From Eutreptiella sp. 'Long Island Sound 2002' (lineage: Eukaryota > Protista > Euglenida), in assembly GCA_964036045.1 (NCBI GenBank), contig OZ038378.1, positions 72,540,001 to 72,604,000 of the forward strand: a DNA stretch of 64,000 bases, given 5' to 3'. The notes below the pieces were generated by a model. It was not told the DNA's origin. It searched no databases and worked only from the letters and a program-made list of their open reading frames with translations. Positions 1 to 12,760 of this stretch are shown here, one piece after another (the first letter of the stretch is position 1; every line of letters begins with the position of its first letter). The position numbers and the translations under genes are program-made.

Positions 1-41
1 CATTTAAGCACAGGAGTTCCCCATCTGGTGTCCGTTTTCTA

Positions 42-440
42 ATGGGAAAAAAGAAAGCTCGCCGTAACGCTGAGGGTCTGAATGACGACGAGGACGATAT
101 TTCTAGGGCGTGGGACGATCTGAAGCAGCTTCGTTTGGTCGTGATCAAGTTGGAGCAGGCGAGCCATAAGTTGACTGCCCACTTGCATCAGGCCACGTTG
201 GAGTTAAAAGACGTGCGAGCTGAGCGCGACGGTTTGCAGGCCGGCATTTAAAGGCTCAGGGAGTCAAACCAAGTGTGTTCGTGTCGCCGGCAACGCCCTG
301 TTGTTCAAGAGCCCACAGGCAGGCCTTGGTGCTTAACGCATCGTGGCAAACGTGGCGGGCGCAATCATGATTTGTTCACGACTGCGAGGCCGGCGTCCAG
401 CACGAGATCGCGAAGTCTTTCGAGTTCCAGCAGTCCAGAC
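42..440 (+). pseudogene. Decayed coiled-coil ORF (possible retroelement ORF1/gag-like remnant)
   Basis: ORF 42-251 (LKQLRLVVIKLEQASHKLTAHLHQATLELKDVRAERDGL) is heptad-like. The same frame stays open after the TAA at 249-251 to about 440. No family recognised. Confidence 0.2.
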
Positions 441-2879
441 TAAACTGCGCAAACAGGCATTTTTCCTTCCTCTCTCTGTCTGCGTGTGTATGGGAGGTAG
501 TAGCAGTACATAGCGCTGCGTGGCTCCATGCAGCCCGCGCATGGGGCGCTCGCAGCCAAGGGCGCGAAGCAGCCATGAGCGCGCTGCAGCAGTTGCACTG
601 CACAGGCTCAGTGGGGTTTCACTGCACGCCGGTGGCAACATTTTGCGCAGTGCAGCCATGTGTGGGCGTTGGCGCAAGTTTGAAGCCTGCTTTGTCTTTT
701 GCTGTTACCTCCGTGGCAGGAGCAGACCGGAGGGGTTGAAGAGCCTTCAGAGCTCGGCGTCTTACTTCGTTGAGTGAAGATATCCCTCGTTGTTCACGCA
801 TGCATATATGCGTTGCATTTGGATTGAAATGCGTAGATGCAAAATTCGAGTTTGGGCCTGAGGTCCCATAGCGACACTTCATGGTGCAAAATGGCCTCTA
901 AGTTTGTCGTGATTCGATGCCCTTGCTCTGTTTTCTTTCCAAGTATACCACTTATTGTCCTTGTGTGCACAGTGGTCGCGTCACAGTCGTACCGACCACG
1001 CACAGTGCAGATCGGAGAGCATGGAGCAGGACGACCCAGCTCCTGAGTCCACTGTGCAGGTTCTTGCGTTGCGGTGCGTGGGTACTGCGGTTTGCCAGTG
1101 TGAGCTCACAGTGGGTGTTGAGTAGGCTCAGAGGGTGGTGCCCAGGAGGGTTTGAAGCATTGTTGCTGTTGCCTCGCGCGGCTATGCCTGCTTTCGGCTT
1201 GCTGGGCCAATTCAGCCTGGCTTTCTTTGCAGCGCTCGCTGATGCTGCGTAGCCTGTGGGTACTGTGCACCTTGCTGTTCCACGTGTTACGTCACGCACA
1301 CGTCGCCTATACTATGTTTACATTTCCCTTTTCCCTCCTTTCTTTCTTTGTGTTGTTTCAGGAGTGTGGGGGGCCATCAAGCCATCAAGGCAGGCCAGTC
1401 CCCCCCTCAAGACCCAGCCAAGCACCATCCCCCTTCGAGATGCTCAGAAGTTAAGTTGGCGCACAAGTTTTAGGATAAGTCTGATATATGGGGCTTAAGC
1501 CCCTTGGAGGACCAGCAGCTTTGTTCAGTAGCTTACCGGTTTTTATACCCTGTGGGTCAGTCCAGTGAGGATTGTTTCACTGTTTTCTTTGTGTCCTTTG
1601 TGCTGCTATGCCTGTTTTGTATTTTTCTAATCTGCCTTTTTTTTACATGACCAAATTTCTGAGCAGAGGTTTTCTTTTGGTGCAGAAATGGCAATGGGCA
1701 ACAAGTAGTTTCTGTTTTTTTTTATACATTCTGGTGTCTATTGTTTTCTTGCAGAACACACAGAGGGCCCCTGACACCAGGTGGGGTTCCATCGACGGGC
1801 ACCGGGGTGTGTTAGAAACTTTTTGTGTGTTTTTTTTCTGAGTGCCTATTTTTTTGTGTGTGTGTGTGTGTGCTGATGTGCAGTGCACTGGCTGCCACTG
1901 TTTTGTGTGTCAGCTAGCCCCAAGTCCCCTTGGACTGACTTGGGAGGGGCGTGCAGCAGACCAGTGCACTGCTGCACATTGCGACAAGGCGCGCACGTGC
2001 AAGGATATAGATTACAATGCTTTTTTTGATTGAGTTTGTAATGTTTTATACATTTATGTATTTAGGCACCAAATGTCCTGATTGTGAAATCAGAAATGCA
2101 GATTTCGCCGAGGTTGACCTGATTGGGATTACAGTACATTTACGCCTTTTCCGTGCCTGTGGAGTTGCCCGAGGCCATTAAGGTGTTACACACCAGAGAA
2201 CGTTTGCAGGCGTGCGCCAGCAAAGGGGACCCCAAGGAACCCCCTTCAAAATGATTTTGACGGAGCGTCAAGCCACCTTGGACGTTTTCGAAGAATTCAA
2301 CAAGCAGCCACGTGCAAGCCGGAGGCAAGAAACGAAGAAGATTTCGAGGGGTGTGCGTGCCGTGGGAGCGCATGCGTAGTATAGGCGCTCCTGGCCTGTC
2401 CTCAACGAATGGCGTGGTGAAGAAAAGTGGAATGGAGCCATATCAGTGCCGCACGGGCAACGGGTATGACGACGAGTCTCAGAAGGAGTCATTGTGACCA
2501 TGGTGAAGGAGAACGCGTGCAACTTCGGCCCGCCTCCGCGAGCAGGTCCGAAGCCTCGCTAATCTCTTGGAAGGGGTGTGTTGCGGAGCCACTAAGTGCC
2601 CCTGCTCAGTAATTGGTTGTCAGAGATTAGCGTCGCGAAGGCGCAGAGCGCATGTCGCGATGCAGGCGATTTGGCGCTAAGCTTACGTGTTCCCCTTTGA
2701 GATGGGAACAGAATTTAGCAGAACTGCGCAGTTTTTTCAGCGTTTTTTATTGCAATTTATTATTATATTTGTGGCGGTGATTTACTGTATTGCCGGCGCT
2801 GTTGTAAAATGCGTCGCTAAGTTTTTGTCGCTGCGCAAGCTTTGTGATGTGCTGAGGACCGTACAAGGTTCTTAAAATC

Positions 2880-3600
2880 ATTTGTGCATGCTGGAACATG
2901 CCTGCAGCGACGTGGGAATCACTAGCGCCCCTCGTGGCTGGACGTTCCAGTCACAACGTGGGCGCCAAGGCCAGAGGCGGAGCGAAGCCGCTGAGCTAAG
3001 CTTATCAACAGCTCCCTCACTCTGGGGCAGCAGGCCGGAGCATCGTGGGGTATCGACAGCCCTCGCCCCCAGTTTTGGACTGGTTGCATCGTGGCTGACA
3101 TCAAGATGCTGACTACGCCCTGTTGAAGAAAGCTTGCTGTGAGCAGAACCTCTTTAACATGGTGTGACCAAAAGTTTGTGCTTCCGTGCTGTCTTGCTGT
3201 GGACTCTGGGTCACTGTCGACTGCCTCCTGGTTTTTCAAAACGTAGATTTGCATTGCTTTCTCACGTGAAAGCACCCTCTGTGGATTTTACGACAAAGGA
3301 AAACTGGGTAAGCAGTGCGGCGGCAAGCCTTTATGGTGATTTTCTTATGAAAAAGTGATCTTGAAGGTTAAAGGTAAGACTCGGAGAGCCATCAATGAGC
3401 AAGAAGGATCAACAAAGGCTATCAATGAGCAAGAAGGATCAACAAAGGCTATCAATGAGCAAGTAGGATCATCAAAGAAGGTTTGTCGGCCTGCGCCATC
3501 AAAGGAAACCCCAGGGAACCCGCCTCATTGTGCTCGATAGCACGGGTTGTAGGACTGCCAAGGCTGGGCCGCATTTTTGGATGCCCGCTGCATAAGTCGG
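2880..3600 (+). pseudogene. Putative 5' part of the hAT transposase, interrupted at 3600
   Basis: Ends in RIFGCPLHK, resembling the hAT C-x-x-H motif. hAT coding sequence resumes after 8050 (IQELMQKCK / MGDFVNSS). The upstream frames are badly decayed. Confidence 0.4.
3391..3480 (+). repeat. 30-bp tandem repeat x3
   Basis: ATCAATGAGCAAGAAGGATCAACAAAGGCT twice exactly, plus a third diverged copy. Confidence 0.95.
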
Positions 3601-6600
3601 GTAGCCCATGTGCCACCCTCGCCGGCGCGTCCGATCGACAGGCGTCGGCGCAGTGTGTTGCGTGGTCGTTCATCGTCGGGTTGTATGGGGGGCTCTCCTG
3701 GGTAAGGTCGGCCTGCCCGGGGTCGTCGCGGCTTATGGCTCGTCCCTTAGCCGCTGGTGTGACGCCCATCGTTGGGGTCTCCGGTGAGGTGAGGCGGTCC
3801 CAGGAATGCGGTGTTGTCTTGCCATCAGCAGGTGGCCGCTGTTGGGCTTGTGCCGCGTGTGCGCGGACGTGTGTCGTCGCATATCGGCCGCAGTGCCGCT
3901 GCGATTCCTGGAGGGACCTCCGGTCGGTATGGTGCCCTTCCACTGCCGGCGACCGGCCACGGTGGGCAGGGCAAGCGTGTGCCGGCCGTGTTGAGCGGGG
4001 CGCGGCGGTCCCAATGGTGCCGCATTGCGTGTTCATGGGGGCATGCTCCTGGTTTCACCTCGCGGTGGTTTAGGGCCCTAGAGGGTTTGCCATACGCCGC
4101 ACGAGGGTGCTGCGGAGGGCACTGAGGATCTCGTGCACAAGGGCTGCGTGTGCTGCTTGGGCTTCCGTCTCAGTGCGGATGGTGGGCTGCAGTTGCCCGC
4201 CCATCGCCAGTGCCTGGATCTGGTGGATCGCGAAAACGGGGCACAGGTTTGTCGCGGGGGGGGCCTCCTTGGTCCGCTCGCGCTAGGGGGTTGCCTCCAG
4301 TTGCTGCCGGCCGCCCAGGTGGAACCTCCTCGTCGCCGTCCAGTCCCTGGTGTGCGACGAGCGGCGCTGAGCCCACCGCCAGAGGCAGTAGAGAGGATGG
4401 CCGGGGTGCCAGGTGCCGGCTTCCCCCGACACGACGGCCGTCAGGGGGTCTGGGGGTTGGTTTTGGGACAGGGGGGTGGGGCCGTCCGGCAGGGCTGCTC
4501 GCGCCGGGAGCATGGAGTCGACGGCTTCCAAGTTCCAGTGGCACTCCCGCGGGTGAGGGGTGATCCGCACCTGGTAATAGTGGCCACTTTCCAACACGAT
4601 CATGGAGATGGTGCGGGGGACATCTTCGTGTCGCGGGGGTCCTCCGCGTGCCGTCTCCGGCCCTGGTGGGTACCGCTCCCCCAGATCCCTGAGGTTGCGC
4701 CCCCGGTCGGGGGCTGTCCTGCTTTCCCATTCCACCAGGCCGTTGTACGGTGGGATGTTGAGGGCGTTGGCTCTCGGTTGTGGGGCGGCCCGTTCCTGGC
4801 CCCCGGTGCTGGGCGCGGGCCTGGTGTCCGTCGGTGGCAATATGAGCGTGTGTGCCGGACCCAGGTGCGGGATCCATACGTCTCGCTGGTCCGGCTGGTT
4901 GGTGTTGAACCACCAGATCCACGCGTCGACAAGGTCGTCCGCGATCTGCATCTCGGGCGTAACGAGCCCCTGGAGCTGCCGCACGGAGATGTCTGTGGAT
5001 GCGGCGTGCGGCAGGGGGACCACTGCGAAGAGCCTGTTTGGGTTGACGTCCTGGAGGTGTTCCCGGAGGGCTGCCACCAGCCCGCACGAGGGTGTGTTGG
5101 CGCGGATGTCGTAGACCACCCTCAGTTCCGCTTCGTCAAAGAGGTCCATGTTCCTCCGTTGTTGCGGTCTGGGGGGTGGTGGGGGCATGGTCTCCCGGTC
5201 CTGGTTCGGTGTGGTGCCAGTCGGGGAGGGGTGCCCTGGGGTGGTGCCAAGGTGTCCCTCAGGTACGTTCCCTGTGGAGAGCTCCTGTTGCGGGGACATC
5301 GAGCAGGACGCGGCGGTGGGCGGTGAGCCACTGGACTTCTGAGGGCCCGAGGCCTCTGTCATTTCTTCGTCCGCTCCCGGGTCGTCTGCGTTGTGTCCCC
5401 GTTGTTGTGGTGCATACTCCGCACCCCGGCGGTTTGGCTGTGTCGCAGCCGGGCTGGGGAGCCCCGTGGCGCACGGGCCCAGTGGGCGGGGTGGCCGTTG
5501 CCCGTGTCCGGGGCCGGTGCCGTCAGGCCCTGCTTGCCGGGGGGGGGCTTTGAGGGGTTCGTCCCCCCAACCCCGGTTCGGGCCGCTGGTCGCCTGCCCG
5601 TCCCCTTGGCCGTGTGTCCGCGGCGTGTCGTCTCCTTGTTAGTGGGCCGGCCGCCGACCCTGGCAGCGAGGCGGCGGATGAGCTGGACGCACCGTCTGTT
5701 GCGTGGTGGGGGCCTGTGTGGAGCGCTGCCTGTCGTGCTCGCTCGGCCGGCGTGGGAATGGTGGGGATGTGCACCCGCTCGGTGCGGGGCCTCTTGGACC
5801 GGTGCTGGGGATCAGCGGCAGATGATGTCTGTTGGACCGGCGGGTCGTTAGGGCCTCCATGGCCTCTGTCCATACCCTCGTGGAGGACGACTCGTTGTGC
5901 TGCGGGAGGCGGTGTGCGGCTGCGGTGCCGGGACCGGCCAGGGTGCGTTGTCTCCTGGTGCCGTTCTGTGCGCCGCCCTGCACTGCTGGGCTGTGAGGGC
6001 TGCCTCGGTCCCTCCGCGGGGTGAATGGTCTGATGGAGCTTCTGTACGTCCCGGAACCCACCCCGGGTGGCGTCCCCTGGTGGCGTCCTGGGGAGTTCTG
6101 GCGTGCCGTTTGTCTGGGGGGCTCCGGGACCTCTTGGGAACGTGGTCGTGGGTGTCCCGAGGCGTGTCCCTGGTAGCCCGGGGACCCAGGGATGGCCCAG
6201 ATGTTGTGCCTTTGCATGGCTGTATGGATGCGCAGGGCCGCGCGTCGGTGCCATAGCCAGTGTAGCCTGTTCATTTCGTCCGGAATATAGGTCCCCATAT
6301 GCGCCATGAGCCGGGTGGCCACGTAGTGCAACTTGCCGGGGTGGTCCATGGTGGTGGGGGGTGCGTGCGGTTCCGCCCAATGACCGAAGGCGATGTCCGC
6401 CATGGTGCTGGTTTCCTCCTCGAGGTGGCAGGATTGCAAAAAAAAGCAGCCATCGGATGCTGACCGCCAGGGCGGGCCGCTCCCCTGTGGTGATCCTGTC
6501 GATCCATAGGTCCAGGTCTTGGGCCGCCCCCTGTTCCGCGTGGGTGCTGGGGCGACGGGCGTCGCCTTCCGAGCGCGCATAGTCCAGATGCCCCCGCCAC

Positions 6601-8045
6601 CAGGATGGGTTGGTCCCAGGTGGCTGGTCGGTAGGCTTGCTAGCGGTGCTGGTACCTGTCTCCACACACGTTCCGACCCCTTGGGTGCTGTGCCGGCGCG
6701 GTTCGTCCGGGGTCTGGTCTGCTGCCCCGCTTGCGGTCGCTTGCCCGTAATCCGTGGCGGCCGCGTGTTCAGTTCTTGCCCCCAGGGCGGCGTAATCGCG
6801 CTGGAGGTGTGCCTGGCGGGACATCTTGAGGAGTGAGAACTGGGTGTGCCCTCTGTATGGTCGTCTCGTGGCTCCGGGTGGCCGCGCAGGGCAGCCGTCG
6901 TGGGGTCTGTGTGGGGGGCACTCCTGCAGGACTCCATGAAGGCGTCCAAAGAGTCTTCGTCGCGGGTGTGTTCGACGGGCAACGTTCCCCTGTCGGCCGC
7001 GCGCTTGGGCATTTCGGGTGTGGTTGTCCGGGCTTCAGACTCCGCGTGAGCTCGAGGTGGGCCCCGTGTCGGTGCCTCCCCGGTTGCGGCGTCCCCCGGC
7101 GCGCCTGTGTCACTGCGGTGTGCTGGGGCCGTGGATGGGGCGGCGCCCGCGTGACCAGCGGTTTGCGCCCCGTGGGTGGTTGGTGGGGGGAGGCCGGCGG
7201 CATGCTCGGCGTCTGGCGTCGGTCCCCCAGGTCCCCTACCGGGTTGGCAAGCGTCCGGTGCCTCGCCGCTTCCGCATGCCGCCATGTCCGGCGGGCAATT
7301 GGCCGGCATGCTGGCGTGCTGGTTTTTGGGCTGGCTTGCCATCCCGGTAGGTATCTCCACTCGGGGTGGTCCCCAGGCGGGTAGGTCCGCCGCTGGAAGT
7401 GGCGATTCTTTCTGCTGCAGGGGTCCCCCTGCTTCCTCTGTGGCGTCCACCGTGGGCTCCTCGGGTTGTGGCTGGGCGGCCGGTGCGGGCGGCGTGGCTG
7501 CGTCGTCTGCCAGTTGCGTCGCCGCTCGGGTTTGGCAATCTGGCACGGGTGCCGGCCTGGGCTGGCCTCCCACGTGGCCTGCCAGTGCTCGCGTGCCGCC
7601 ATTTCCCTCTGCCGCGGCGGGCCTGACTGCCGGTGTGCCGCCATCGGGATGCGGGACCCCCATCGGGAGCTCGCGGCCTGGCGCGTTTGCCCGCGGGGTG
7701 TCAGCAGGGACGGTGGCGTGTGTTGGGTCCGGGTCCGGGTCCGAGCTGGGGGCCGGGGGACTGCCAGATGGTGTTTCTGTGTGCCGTACTGCCGGTCCGG
7801 CTGGTGGGTCGTGGCGTTGCTGGGGTGCCGGCTCGGCCTGTGCCGGGGCCGGCGGATCGTACCCTGGGGCCGACATGCTGGGTGTCGCTGGAGCTTGGGG
7901 ACTGGGGCTCCCGGTGGGGATGCAGGCGTGGGGGCGGATGGTGCCGACGGGTCGCTCGGGCCGGGCGCTGGTGGCGTCAGTCGGCGTAGCGGTACATGTC
8001 TGTGTGGAAGGGCCGGGGACGGCGCGTGTCTGGGGCCCTCCTTCG
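3601..8045 (-). mobile_element. GC-rich 4.4-kb insertion, probably a 5'-truncated non-LTR retroelement, with a Ulp1-like protease domain
   Basis: Abrupt shift to very high GC. Flanked by direct repeat GTCGG (3596-3600 and 8046-8050), and hAT coding sequence is continuous across it. Minus-strand ORFs carry a CxxC..EET..H/C-like motif (about 6340-6460) and a C48-like domain. No terminal repeats or poly-A seen. Confidence 0.6.
4070..5362 (-). pseudogene. Ulp1/SENP-like (peptidase C48, clan CE) cysteine protease domain with one in-frame stop
   Basis: In one frame: QIADDLVDAWIWWF ... MIVLESGHYYQVRI (His 4580-4582) ... NLEAVDSM (Asp 4517-4519) ... P[*]RERTKEAPPATNLCPVFAIHQI (Cys 4241-4243). The TAG at 4283-4285 sits where the oxyanion Gln (CAG) is expected. 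Confidence 0.6.
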
Positions 8046-8131
8046 GTCGGACTGTGATGTGTTATCTATGAACTGGGACTGGCTGGAACCGAGAATGCTG
8101 ATATGAGGCCTATTCAAGAATTGATGCAAAA

Positions 8132-10094
8132 GTGCAAGCGATGGGTGATTTTGTGAATTCTAGTACGCGAACACACAAGCTTTTGATGGAGGCTGACAAG
8201 CATCAATCGGGAACCTACACTACACTCAAGCAGGAGCTTGCTACACAGTGGAACAGTTCGTATGCAATGCTTGAAAATGTCCTCAAGAACCAGAAGATCC
8301 TGCAGTGTGTCTTCCTAAACGACTCATTTGAAGAGAACAACCAATGCTTGCTACCGACGGCGAGCGAATTTCGCAGTAATTGCCTGCTATGCAGCCTCCT
8401 TGCTCCCTTTGGAGATGCTACAAACCTACTGGAAGGAGAGACATACATTACAGGCAGCCTTGGGCAAGCGGTTTTGCGGCACCGTTGATCATAGCTCCTT
8501 GCAGATGCCTTGGAGACCTGGAGGGATGGCAGTGCAGTGAAAAAGCTGCGCTTCGCAGAGGTGTCTGGACAATTAGACACTTCGACGACCTGTCACTTCA
8601 GTCTGCTTCTTCTTGCATTCCACAGTGTTGTCCATGAGCATTCGGCTCAGCTCTTTTTGGATTCTGGTGCATTTTGTTGATTGTGTGCCTGTGTGGGTGG
8701 GGAGGTTCAATTGCAGGCAATGGTTTTTTTCTGTTTCTTCGGTTACCATGCACGTCAGCCTGTTTCTTCAGTTACCATGCACGGCACCGCATCGCCGCGT
8801 CACCGCATCACTTCGCCGCTTTGGTTCTCCAGGGGGCGTGCCCGCAGATTGGCAAGCACAATCAATCGATCAAACAGTTACCATGTTCTTTGCTTCAGTG
8901 GTTGCATTGCCACGCGCTGCATTCTCACACTTTTTGCCGCTCTTGGTTGCATCGCCGGTGGTTGCACTGTCAAGCGTTGCATTGTCACACCTTTTGCCGC
9001 TCTTTGTTGCATCGCCGGGCCGCTTCTTCACTTGTTGTCCACTCTTCTAGGCTTCACCACTTGTTTTCACCGCCGAAAGCTTTTATTCTCTTCGCGCACG
9101 TGCCCCCAACTTGTTAAGTACGACCAACACCTTCACTGGCCGGTCGGTTCATTTCTCACTTCGTCATTGCTTGCATTCCTTGTTACAGGCACCTAAGTTC
9201 ATTGAAGCAAGCCGGAAGGTGCTTGAGTTGCAGCTTTGCGAACAGTTTGTGCTGAATCCTGGTGCCTGGACCTTGCGGGCACTGGTGCTTGACCCAAGCC
9301 TTGCACTACGACTTGAGCAACTATTTACTGAGGGCAGAATTAGCTGCAGTACAGCCCAAGAGCTTCTGGAGACAGACCTGTTTGAACTTGAAACCGATGA
9401 TGAGCTGGCCAAGATTCTGACACCGGACCCCGCAGAACACGCGCACACAGGCACCACGAGCAGCTCAAGATTCATCACCGACAGAAACGCGGATGGAGAG
9501 CCGCCTGCAAGAAGACCAAAGTGCAGAGCATCCATATTGAACCGACTGCTGAATGATGCCATCGTTGCTGCTGAACTGACAGCTCAACAAAAATTGGAGG
9601 TGTTGGTGGACAGAGATCGTTACATGGAACATATCGGATTGCATGATCTGGGGTCGTATTGCAACCAAGACCATGGATATTTCAATACAACTTTGTTTTA
9701 TAAAGACAACATCAGGTTGTTTCCCAGGCTTGGTGTCATTGTGTGACACATGGTGGCGAGGTGGTTGTCAACAAGTGCCACAAATGCAAGTGCCGAAAGG
9801 GTCTTCTCACAATCTTCAACATTGCTTCCAAAGCATGCCACAAGGCAACTACAACAAAGAGTGGAGATGGTGGTGTTCTTGCGAGGCAATAAACATCTTT
9901 GGCCCGACCTCCCAACAGTGCAAGAAAGGTACTTTGAGGCATATGGGGACAAAGTAGAAGATCACGTGGATGACATGCAAGAGATGTCTTCGGACTCCGA
10001 CCAACTGAATCTTTCAAGGAGGCTTGCACCTCTTATAATTGTGTTGAACACCTTTGGCATTTCTGGTTCCCTATGTTACTATTCTCTTTTGTAA
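8132..10094 (+). pseudogene. hAT transposase (join about 8132-8560, 9189-10094) with premature stops
   Basis: LKQELATQWNSSYAMLENVL matches the hAT TRWNS motif, and WLSTSATNASAERVFSQS matches the hAT dimerisation domain. Frames 9111-9746 and 9750-10094 are the same frame, separated by one TGA. Confidence 0.85.
8561..9188 (+). other. Putative GT-AG intron inside the hAT transposase
   Basis: GCAGAG|GTGTCT ... TTCCTTGTTACAG|GCACCT joins in phase 0 (KKLRFAE|APKFIEASRK). The interior is T-rich and contains a 60-bp tandem duplication at about 8899-9018. Confidence 0.55.
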
Positions 10095-10897
10095 GTCTTA
10101 TTGCGCACTCTCGATACGTGCACAAAAGTGAATTATACATTGAGATGTTTTGCATGTTTTTTCCTCTTGTGCACATTGTTCAAACATTGCTTTCGTAGCG
10201 TTACGGTTAGGTTTGGGGTTCGTTTTCGTTGCTATGTAGAGCATACCAGGAAGGCAAAACGTGACAAGAGAGCTACAAAAAAAGGCGCCAAGGGCTTTCT
10301 GACAATGTGAATGGCTTTGTTCGAATCTTTTACATTACTCCAAAACTTAGGACCGGCGAAGGTTTAACGCCGCTTCAGATGGTATGAAGATACAACCATT
10401 TTGCGCAATATTAAAAGGGGCAATATGTTTTCACTACCATAGGAAGAAATCTATTTGAACAAATGCAAAGAGCATCACGACAACAAGAATAAGGGCACAA
10501 GTAGGCAAAATTGTATGCAAAAATGATTGGGTAGAAACAAAGATTTGAAGGTGTCATGCCTCAAACAAAGCATTGTATAGCCAACATTTCTGTGATGGTC
10601 ATTGAATTCTCAAAAGTTCACGACAATAATGTTCACATCATGTGAAAACAAAGAAACCAATGCAGACGCCTCATGTACCGTGATTTGCAGGAGTGATGGT
10701 GCGCCATAACACTTTATACCAGTGTTCAGCTCTAAGGTTCATGCAATCCTGCATTGTTCGAGTTTTTTCCAAATATTTGAAACGAAAATCATAAATTTGT
10801 CAGCTTTTCGAAAGTCAATTTTTCGAATTTTTCATTGAAATGAAAACCCACAATTTTTCCGTTTCATTTGGATCGGAATCTGTCATGCACATCTCTA

Positions 10898-11150
10898 TTT
10901 TGCAACAGGTTGTCGATGAGGGGCAGGGAGTAGGCATCGTGTTGGGACTCTGAATTTAGATCACGGTAGTCCAACAACAACCTCCACTGCCGCGCCACCT
11001 TCTTCGGGACTACAAATCAGGGGGAGCACCACTCACTCGAGCACGGCTCCATCCACCCTTGCTCATTGACCTCTTTCACAATCTTGACCATGACGTGCTC
11101 GCGCTCTCCCTTCATCTGGAAGTCGTGGTGGCTTCAAGACCGGTATCCCT
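10898..11150 (-). pseudogene. Reverse transcriptase N-terminus, Ty3/gypsy type
   Basis: Translates to FQMKGEREHVMVKIVKEVNEQGWMEPCSSEWCSP*FVVPKKVARQWRLLLDYRDLNSESQHDAYSLPLIDNLLQ, the classic gypsy RT motif 1-2 region. Confidence 0.9.
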
Positions 11151-11739
11151 GCTTCATGAGTATTGTGGCCTCTCCGAACCCCCCCCTCAAAAACGCACTC
11201 TTGAAGGGCTTGCAACTGACGGCGTACATCTTGGAGTTCTCATCCATCTTGGCCTTATACTTCGGTTGGTTCGCCAATGACTTGGCCTCCTTGGGCACGT
11301 TGACCACCGAACTCACCATCGTGTGCCTTGGGTCTGGCGTCCCGGAGACGGGCACCCACGTCGTCTCCGCAGGTCATGACTCCGTCTGGCAACATTTTGG
11401 CGACCGTTGGCTGCGGGTTGTGTTTCATTGTGGGTTCGTGCGGGACAATATAGATCGACCCACGTCGGTGGATTGGAGCCGGCTGGTTCGTCTTGGTCCG
11501 CCCAGTGCTCCAACATAGACGCCACGAACCCATTCTTCGTAAAGTGTTCCATGAGGAGCGCCGGATCTTCCGTCTAGGAATTGCCGGGCGATCGCTTGGA
11601 TGGGATCCCCAGATGCATGGGGTCAGATATGTACCCAAACACCATATCGAGCTCATGCGGCGACAAGGCGTCCCGCGCCATCTTTAGCGGGCAATACCAG
11701 CCATCGGCTGTTTCCTCCCTATACGGTACTGCTAGGGCC

Positions 11740-12245
11740 ATAATGCGGCTGATGCTACGGTCAAGACGATCCGCAATGGTACGTCCCTCCGGCCGCACTT
11801 CCGCCGTGATGGAGAACATCCCTACGCCGCAATCGGGGTGGCCCAGAGACCCAACTGCGTATGCGATGGTGGTGGTCGGACCCTTGGCAAGTGGTGGCAG
11901 TGGGTTCTGCTGAGCGTCTACGAAGATCTCCTCGGTGGAAGGGAGCCGGGTGTCTATCAGGGTCATACACCTCAAATCCTCCGGCCGCGGGGCGTCCTTG
12001 GAGTCTTCGATGTCACACGACAGCCCGGGCGCGGTTGCGGACAATCTTTGCCACAACCCGCTCCAAAGAACCGCGTGGTGCTTTCATATACAGCAGACCC
12101 CAGAGATCCCTGCTTCATCCACACTTCCATCATTGTCCTCTTTGGTCCAAACCCTGTGCCACTCCGCAGCGTTGCCGTGCCAAACACGTCCACCTCTGAG
12201 GTGCTCAGCCCGAGCTCACCGAGTGCCATGTGAAAGGCACCCTCG
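11740..12245 (-). pseudogene. Dam-like DNA N6-adenine methyltransferase domain (frameshifted) within gypsy pol
   Basis: Read across frameshifts: EVDVFG / HGNAAEWHRVWTKEDN / GLLYMKAPRGSLERVVAKIVRNRARAVV (12099-12016) / DLRCMTLIDTRLPSTEEIFVDAQQNPLP. This follows the DIRS-type MTase pattern VDLFA..N ... LY.NPP(F/Y)S.L..V..KI....A..VV. The catalytic NPPF/Y is degenerate (KAPR). Confidence 0.62.
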
Positions 12246-12439
12246 GACAGGCCATATTCTTCCTCTATGTCGGCCGCGGGGGGTCTTGTCGACACGCTCC
12301 TCACAACCTGAGCAAGGAGATCCAACTCGGCTAGTTCCCACCCAGACGACTCAGGTTCCATCGATTGGCGCAGCGCCCTGAGCTTGTCGGCTTCTTCGAC
12401 GAGAAGGGTGCGCATGTGGGGAAGAACCCCGGCGTAGGC

Positions 12440-12760
12440 GATGTCCAGTAAGTCGAAACCCATGATCATGTCTCTCTCCGGCAGGTCTGCTTCGTAGAAC
12501 AACCCTTTGATTTGGTATCGCTGACCAAAATTTGCGCGCAATAGCTCCTCGTGGCGGACAAACTGCAGGCTGATCCCGGCCTCGTCAAGTTTGCCCTCCA
12601 TGTTCTCGCCATTAGCCACTCTTAGGGTGACCGGCGCGGTGTAGCGGCCCAACCATTAGGCACTCAGCAGCCCTTTGCGCACCAACTTCACCTGAACTCC
12701 GGTTTCCACATGAATCTTGAACATCCGCTCCTCGCCTGCAGTGCCCACCCCCCGGACCAT
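12440..12760 (-). pseudogene. Retropepsin-like aspartic protease
   Basis: FKIHVETGVQVKLVRKGLL (DTG motif decayed to ETG), APVTLRVANGENMEG and FYEADLPERDMIMGFDLL (D-x-I-L-G motif). Confidence 0.75.

Larger units (their letters stand above)
8051..10897 (+). mobile_element. hAT DNA transposon, 3' portion with right terminal inverted repeat
   Basis: Transposase motifs plus an AT-rich subterminal region with repeated TTTTCGAA-like motifs. The terminus CATGCACATCTCTA (reverse complement TAGAGATGTGCATG) is typical of hAT TIRs. No left TIR found in the window. Confidence 0.8.

Noticed and set aside
5523-8071. Long ORFs (745, 433, 293, 291 aa) as genuine proteins
   Set aside because: Stop-poor, very GC-rich sequence opens several overlapping frames on both strands. 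Only short islands look protein-like.
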